Shown here piece by piece: positions 60,090 to 64,000 of a stretch of DNA of 64,000 nt. Made by a program: the position numbers and the translations under genes. This stretch comes from a virus. Its lineage: Duplodnaviria > Caudoviricetes. The stretch lies in IMG/VR virus record IMGVR_UViG_3300036770_008730. The stretch is one strand, 5' to 3'. Position 1 is the first letter of the stretch. Every line of letters starts with the position of its first letter. Below the pieces are notes generated by a model. It was not told the DNA's origin. It searched no databases and was given only the letters and a program-made list of their open reading frames with translations.

Positions 60090-60628
60090 TAGTTATATGC
60101 TTGAAGCTTTATTATATAGTTATAACCCAATACCTCTTCAAATCCATATTCTTTTATTGTTGAGATATATTCGTTTTCAATTATATTCACTATATCCTCA
60201 AAGGTTAGATTTTCTTCTTCAAAATTTTCTACTTCTTCTGTCTCTATATCATATACCGATAACATAGCATCATAATTTGTATCATTAACTCTGATAGATA
60301 AAATTATCATATAATTTTCATCTGCTAGAATGAAAGCGTGATATTTATGTTCCTCATCATATCTAACCATGATATTAAAATTCTCAGTTTCAATAATACC
60401 ATTTGGTTCTTTATCCGCCTGAATAAATACTGAAATAAATGGATATTTATAATTGACTATTTTCAAAAGAAGAGTTTCAATTGTTTTTTTATCTGGTGTG
60501 TAATCAACCTTATTATATTTACTGTAATTTTTACTTAAATAGTCAATTTCAGCTGATGGATCTGTTGAAAAAACTAAGTCTTTGATTTCTTCACTATCAA
60601 ACAACTCATTAAACTTTTTTATCTTCAT
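60089..60628 (-). CDS. Hypothetical protein with MKIKKFNE leader
   Basis: Leader motif; AATATATA box about 24 nt upstream. Confidence 0.6.
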   Translation of the reverse strand: MKIKKFNELFDSEEIKDLVFSTDPSAEIDYLSKNYSKYNKVDYTPDKKTIETLLLKIVNYKYPFISVFIQADKEPNGIIETENFNIMVRYDEEHKYHAFILADENYMIILSIRVNDTNYDAMLSVYDIETEEVENFEEENLTFEDIVNIIENEYISTIKEYGFEEVLGYNYIIKLQAYN

Positions 60629-60678
60629 ACTTGTTTTTTTTATTTATTATGTATATATTTGTATTCTAAAATAGAATT

Positions 60679-61263
60679 ATGTTAAAAGTAGCACTAACAG
60701 GTAATCGTTTTTCTGGTAAGAATAGAGTTTCTAAATTATTTAATTCTATTAGTATTCCAGTTTTTGACGCTGATACTTGTATAAAATACTTAATTTGTCA
60801 CAATTTCGAATTTTCTACTAAAGTCAAACAAAAAATGGTAAACTTCTTTAATGATGATAATAAAATCGACCCAGGAAGAGTTAATACCTCAGCACTTGAC
60901 CATTGTATAGATATAATTGAGCCCGAAATATTCAGACTTTATGAAAAATATTGTGAAAAAAATAGTCATTCAGTTTATGTAATTTTCAAATCTTCAATTA
61001 TCTTTGAAAGAGGTTGGAATAAAAAGTTTGACTATACGATAAATGTATTTGCTCCGGTTCACTATAGGATTGAAAGATGTCATAAAATAGATAAAACTGA
61101 TTACGAAGATATCTATGAATTTGCAAATGGTGAAATCTTAGATGAAAAAAAGAATATGAGTTCTGATTTTGTTGTACATAGCTATGATGGTGCTCCTGAT
61201 ATAATAAAATCTATAAACGAAATTGATACAAAAATTATTGACCACTATTTAAATAAAAATTAA
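60679..61263 (+). CDS. coaE: Dephospho-CoA kinase
   Basis: VALTGNRFSGK, PVFDAD, RI.R, SDFVV; TATATTTG promoter at 60654-60661. Confidence 0.75.
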   Translation: MLKVALTGNRFSGKNRVSKLFNSISIPVFDADTCIKYLICHNFEFSTKVKQKMVNFFNDDNKIDPGRVNTSALDHCIDIIEPEIFRLYEKYCEKNSHSVYVIFKSSIIFERGWNKKFDYTINVFAPVHYRIERCHKIDKTDYEDIYEFANGEILDEKKNMSSDFVVHSYDGAPDIIKSINEIDTKIIDHYLNKN

Positions 61264-61264
61264 T

Positions 61265-61984
61265 ATGATTGTAGTTTGTAAAAAAGCAACAAAAAAACTT
61301 GTAAAGGGATTAAGATATGAAGTTCAAAATCTTTGGAATGATGGAGGAAATCAACGATGGTTAGAATCAAAGATTGAAATAAAAGGAATTGGTCGTTATT
61401 CGGTTGATAACTTTACTGATACAGATGGTAAATCTTTGCCTAAAATTAATTTTTTAACTCCAAGACCTGTCTACAGAACATTAACTTTTGAAGAATTAAA
61501 AGAGGGTGATATCTTAGTTTGCACATGTGATTCTTACAAAACTTTAGCAAAAGACTCTATGTATAGAATTAGTAAACTCATAACAAAATCAACAGATTAT
61601 AGAGGTTATAATGGAACTATTCATCAAAGGGTTGATAAGAATGTTCAATTTGAAGGGATAAAAAGAGCTATCAAATTCTCTAGTTGGAAATTTAGAAAAC
61701 TTAGTTCAGAGGAATCTCGTGAAATACAATTATCTTCTATTTTGAATGGTGAGAAGCCACCAGTTATTATTACATCATCTGCAAGAAAAATTGATTTAGT
61801 TACAAACAAAGATCGAGTTTTAATGAACTTACTAGCTAAATCAATTTTGGACTCAAATAGACATCATCTTTCGATATTAGAATGGGCTATTCAAAAAGTA
61901 GGTAATAACTATTCAATAACAGAAGAAGATTATAAATCTTTACTCAATCTTTCACTGAAGGAAGTTTTGGAAAAACTGAAATAA
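61265..61984 (+). CDS. Hypothetical protein
   Basis: 239-aa ORF coupled to coaE; contains REIQLSSIL. Confidence 0.6.
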   Translation: MIVVCKKATKKLVKGLRYEVQNLWNDGGNQRWLESKIEIKGIGRYSVDNFTDTDGKSLPKINFLTPRPVYRTLTFEELKEGDILVCTCDSYKTLAKDSMYRISKLITKSTDYRGYNGTIHQRVDKNVQFEGIKRAIKFSSWKFRKLSSEESREIQLSSILNGEKPPVIITSSARKIDLVTNKDRVLMNLLAKSILDSNRHHLSILEWAIQKVGNNYSITEEDYKSLLNLSLKEVLEKLK

Positions 61985-61997
61985 TTCCTTATCTTTG
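61966..61997 (+). promoter_or_regulatory. Bacteroidota sigma70-type promoter
   Basis: TTTG (61966-61969), 20-nt spacer, TATCTTTG (61990-61997). Confidence 0.65.
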
Positions 61998-62001
61998 TCT
62001 T

Positions 62002-62742
62002 ATGTATAATAAGATATATGATTTCTGCAAAGTCCGTAATTTTGGCAATGTCTATAAAAACGGCGATATTCCCACTCCACGTGTAGAGTTTTTACTTAAT
62101 CTTCTTACTAAAGAAGGTATTGATTTTGAATTAGATAAATTCCCAATCAACGAGACTTTTGGATATAATATTATCCTCAAAGGAACATCATCTAGAATGG
62201 TAGTTGCTCATCATGATATTGTTAATCCAAACATAGATAACGCAAACGATAATTCGGCTTCGGTTATCAATGCAATCGCACTGAAGAAGTTACTTCCTGA
62301 AATCACCGTTGTTTTACTTGATGGTGAAGAGTTGGGTGGATTAGGTTCTCAGAGATTATCAGATAGAATAAATGATAGTGATTTTGGACAGATTGATTGG
62401 GTTCTCAATTTAGAACTTACTGGTCGAGGCGGTAAACATTTTTTCATTGGTGATTATCCTGGTAAGCTCACTGACCATATCAAATCAGTCTTTGACTGTC
62501 CTATAACTTCAACACCATACAATGATTCCGTAACTTTTAGAAGAAATGGTATTGACTCTGTTGTTATTAATCCTTTGCCACCTTTGAATGAAGGAACATC
62601 GAAAGTAAAATGGAATGATACTACTTACTTAGATTATTCTATGTTATATAACTGTCATTCACAAAAAGATAGTATAGATACTATAAGTGTTGATGATATG
62701 AAAGAGTTTGTTGAAGATGTTTTACTTAAAATATTAAAATAA
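62002..62742 (+). CDS. M28-family Zn peptidase
   Basis: VAHHD, ANDNSASV, DGEE, NLEL, YND, CHSQKD. Confidence 0.8.
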   Translation: MYNKIYDFCKVRNFGNVYKNGDIPTPRVEFLLNLLTKEGIDFELDKFPINETFGYNIILKGTSSRMVVAHHDIVNPNIDNANDNSASVINAIALKKLLPEITVVLLDGEELGGLGSQRLSDRINDSDFGQIDWVLNLELTGRGGKHFFIGDYPGKLTDHIKSVFDCPITSTPYNDSVTFRRNGIDSVVINPLPPLNEGTSKVKWNDTTYLDYSMLYNCHSQKDSIDTISVDDMKEFVEDVLLKILK

Positions 62743-62743
62743 A

Positions 62744-62769
62744 AAACCCTCAGATTTCTCTGAGGGTTT
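62744..62769. terminator. Bidirectional intrinsic terminator
   Basis: AAACCCTCAGA/TCTGAGGGTTT hairpin between convergent genes. Confidence 0.85.
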
Positions 62770-62774
62770 CTTTT

Positions 62775-63854
62775 TTATGCCAATGTTAAGAAAATCTTTC
62801 TGTTTCCTCTATCAACTGATAAAACCTTAGTTTTAATTTGTTGACCGGATTGAAACTTTTTACCAAGTTTCTCCATTTCAGAAGTGTGAATTAATCCGAT
62901 TGTTTCATCGTCTAATTTCACAAGTGTTCCAAACTGTTTAACATCTTTTACAACACCATCTAATGTTTGACCATTTTTAATGGTGTCCCAAAGAGTTTCT
63001 CTTAAGATTTGAGTAAGGATAATTTTATCCTTAATAATCTCTTTTACATAGAATTCGATTCCAAATCCTGGTTTAATGTCACCAAGTTTATCTTGCCAAT
63101 CAGGGTCGATATTTGCTTTGTGAATCATTCCAGTTAAACAATCGTTGAATTCCACGAATACTCCAAAAGGAGTTGTTCCAGTTACAAAGCCACGGTATAC
63201 ATAGTTGTATTCTAATTCTTTAATTGCCGCTGGAATTAAAGATTGTAGATACTTTCTACGACTTACAATGTAAGTTCCTTCTTGGTCAGAGAACGATTCG
63301 ATCATTACTTCGAATGTTTGACCTACGATAGAATTAACATCGTAAAGTTTGTTAATACCGGCCAATGTGTTTGGCATAAATGCTGGTAGTGTTACACCAC
63401 CGTGAGAAATTTCAACATCATAACCTGCTGGGTTAACAGATTTAATGAATGCTGTTACTGATTGTCCTTCTTCTAAGGATTTCAGATTCTCGTGAGCTCT
63501 TGTTTCGTAAAGAGCTGCGATGCTACCTCTGATAAAATAATTATCATGGTTTACATCAACGATCAAAACATCGATAAAGTCATTAATTTGACTATTTTTA
63601 AGATACTTTGATTCAGATAACCTATCGTCAATTCTTACACAATCTTTATATCCAGGTACGCTAAAAAGATAATGTCCTGAAAGTTGTCCGCAATATCTTG
63701 CTGATACTACTTCACCTTTGACAGGGGATTTGATGACTTCAAGGTCATACAATTTAAGAAGGTCCATGTCTAGTTTTTTAGTTAGACCTTTTTTTCCTAC
63801 AGCTTCATCAAAGATAGAAGCTAATTCGGGGTTTCCGATTACTGTGTTTGTCAT
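62775..63854 (-). CDS. Ribosomal protein bS1-like protein (about four S1/OB domains)
   Basis: Repeated S1 motifs: GFVTGTTPFGVFVEF...GMIH, GVVKDVKQFGTLVKL...GLIHTSE, IVSRRKYL. Confidence 0.82.
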   Translation of the reverse strand: MTNTVIGNPELASIFDEAVGKKGLTKKLDMDLLKLYDLEVIKSPVKGEVVSARYCGQLSGHYLFSVPGYKDCVRIDDRLSESKYLKNSQINDFIDVLIVDVNHDNYFIRGSIAALYETRAHENLKSLEEGQSVTAFIKSVNPAGYDVEISHGGVTLPAFMPNTLAGINKLYDVNSIVGQTFEVMIESFSDQEGTYIVSRRKYLQSLIPAAIKELEYNYVYRGFVTGTTPFGVFVEFNDCLTGMIHKANIDPDWQDKLGDIKPGFGIEFYVKEIIKDKIILTQILRETLWDTIKNGQTLDGVVKDVKQFGTLVKLDDETIGLIHTSEMEKLGKKFQSGQQIKTKVLSVDRGNRKIFLTLA

Positions 63855-63912
63855 ATTTATTTTTTGTGAGTTACAATTGTTTTATGTTTAAGAAACTAAA
63901 AGTTTACAAAAT

Positions 63913-63999
63913 TTAAAGTTTTTTTATTCCCTTTCTTGCCATGTAGTCTCTTATTCGAGCAGCGTCTTCATATTGCTCATTTTTGATACACTCGTTCAA
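63913..63999 (-). CDS. 5'-truncated protein ending in a UVR motif
   Basis: Manual translation LNECIKNEQYEDAARIRDYMARKGIKKL*. Confidence 0.65.
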   Translation of the reverse strand: MNECIKNEQYEDAARIRDYMARKGIKKL

Positions 64000-64000
64000 T

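Noticed and set aside
1-64000. Alternative genetic code (stop-codon recoding seen in some large phages)
   Set aside because: Coding density is high, and ORFs up to 1738 aa are intact under the standard code.

Overview
This window comes from a very AT-rich, densely coding genome of a large T4-like (myovirus-type) bacteriophage, most likely infecting Bacteroidota. The host call rests on several TTTG-N19/20-TAnnTTTG promoters, A-rich leaders without Shine-Dalgarno sites, and a phage bS21 gene. Recognisable genes: UvsX/RecA, a gp46/SbcC-like ATPase, a Toprim primase-like protein, a Dam-type methylase, PhoH, CysK, CoaE, DnaJ, bS21, a bS1-like protein, two Nudix hydrolases, three or four peptidases, two free-standing homing-type nucleases, an atypical tRNA-Cys, and large virion/fibre proteins (Trp-rich pentapeptide repeats, a Gly-Ser-Thr collagen-like stalk, LamG domains). 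Three unexplained patterns stand out. (1) About 12 unrelated proteins begin with a leader resembling the T4 capsid-targeting sequence and mostly sit behind an AATATATA late-promoter-like box, suggesting a large head-packaged, injected cargo. (2) About 9-10 mostly small proteins share an R-x-x-K-(I/L)-x-x-(I/L)-(I/L) helix, and three of them also carry isolated signature fragments of major capsid protein, tail sheath and family-B DNA polymerase, suggesting a decoy/mimic system. (3) An Aah/TibC-like O-heptosyltransferase lies close to a Ser/Thr-rich fibre gene. All functional calls come from motif recognition by eye; no database searches were run.
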